7,286 nucleotides of DNA from Amoebophrya sp. A120. Its lineage: Eukaryota; Protista; Dinoflagellata. The notes beneath the pieces were generated by a model. The model did not search any database and was not told the origin of the DNA. It saw nothing but the letters and a program-made list of their open reading frames with translations. Both the position numbers and the translations under genes were made by a program. Below are positions 6,379 to 7,286 of the stretch, piece by piece (within the stretch, counting starts at the first letter, position 1; the number at the start of each line of letters is the position of its first letter). The stretch spans positions 1 through 7,286 of the forward strand of contig CAJINV010000102.1 in the NCBI GenBank assembly GCA_905178155.1, read 5' to 3'.

Positions 6379-7037
6379 CTGGTGATTGCGATCGTCATCA
6401 TGTATCAATTTTGTGTTTTTGCACCGACCTAATGTCAGAAAAAGGGAATGTACAGCATGAAACCCTTCAAAACGGCTATCAATCGTGAATAGCAATCATG
6501 CTGTTTCGCAGGTTGCGCAGGTTTTCTGTTTGAGAATTGGAGAAGCACCTCCACGCTTGCCGGCACGGGGCGGAAGAGAGTTTGGACAAGTTGGGGGATT
6601 TGGTACAGTTTTCTTCTTTTTTCTTTTTTCTTTAGCTGCCACCGTCCGCGGACGAGTTGGAGATCTTCTTACGAGATTCGAATAGTTTGATACTAGGTAG
6701 TGCTGCTCAGGCTTTTATTTTGTGGGTTCCATTTTCTTTTACTTACAACTACTTTGCAGTACCGCCGGTCACGGCTACTCATCATGATATGATGGCACTT
6801 TATTTAATACAGCTCGCCTGGCAGTCGATGCACGATTTTGCCGACCTACTTCATTTCTTGCGCGTGTGCCCCAAGTCCAGTCTATGGAGTGCAAAAATAA
6901 AGACGTGTTTGGAATTTGCAACGCGACCATGCTACTGGAGTGTAGCGCAAAGCATAACGCATGCCGTTCTGATGTGTCATGCAAAAAATGTTTTGCGTTT
7001 TGATTTTTCATGACATTGCCCAAGCAGCAGGCTTGGA

Positions 7038-7075
7038 GAAGCTTCGTTGTGCGCTTTAGTGAAGCTTCGTTGTGC
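7038..7075. repeat. 15-bp direct repeat
   Basis: GAAGCTTCGTTGTGC at 7038-7052 and 7061-7075. Confidence 0.8.
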
Positions 7076-7237
7076 AGTGTTGATCGTCGCAGGTACCAGA
7101 TGCACGGAATCAATGTGAGAAATCTGAATGTCTTTAAACTCCAACGAAAGATCAAAAAAAAAAACACAAAAGTTACAAAAACCATCTATTTGTCATCTAT
7201 TCCGGTCAAATATCTAGTCGAAGTGCTTCATATCCAA

Positions 7238-7286
7238 CTTGTATCGGTTATGGTTTTCGTCGAAAATCGTGACCTAGTCCTATCCT
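7238..7286. repeat. Hairpin repeat R, copy 3 (49 bp), ends at the last base of the window
   Basis: Identical to 4701-4749. Confidence 0.97.

Noticed and set aside
6485-7185. ORFs 6485-6685, 6657-7013 and 6775-7185
   Set aside because: AT-rich with homopolymer runs, no recognisable motifs, and unlike the GC-rich exons of genes A and B.
4701-7286. CRISPR array interpretation of repeat R
   Set aside because: Spacers are over 1 kb, there are only three copies, no cas gene is present and the context is eukaryotic.
7238-7286. Reverse complement of R (ending ...GATACAAG) as a spliced leader
   Set aside because: It does not match the 22-nt dinoflagellate leader beyond CAAG, no GT donor or consistent ORF follows, and copy 2 lacks that end.

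Overview
Eukaryotic (protist-like) genomic DNA with a 210-N gap. Most ORFs in the supplied track are artefacts. The real genes appear only after removing a set of 149-321 bp fold-back elements that start TAT, end ATA, have imperfect terminal inverted repeats and sit between 5-bp direct repeats. Removing each element plus one repeat copy joins the flanks into two continuous reading frames: a partial Cys-rich protein of 238 codons (344-1845) and a 129-aa C-terminal fragment with a charged helix and an AFGGG-repeat tail (3567-4559). The elements therefore behave as transposon-derived, mostly non-GT-AG introns (introners), of the kind known from the dinoflagellate Amoebophrya. They fall into several arm families that share an internal GCATNACA(A/G)A motif. 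The middle of the window has ~250-bp tandem repeats next to the gap. The right third has three copies of a 41-49 bp hairpin-forming repeat, 1.1-1.4 kb apart. These copies close unrelated DNA segments, and the last one ends exactly at the window end. No gene can be named with confidence.
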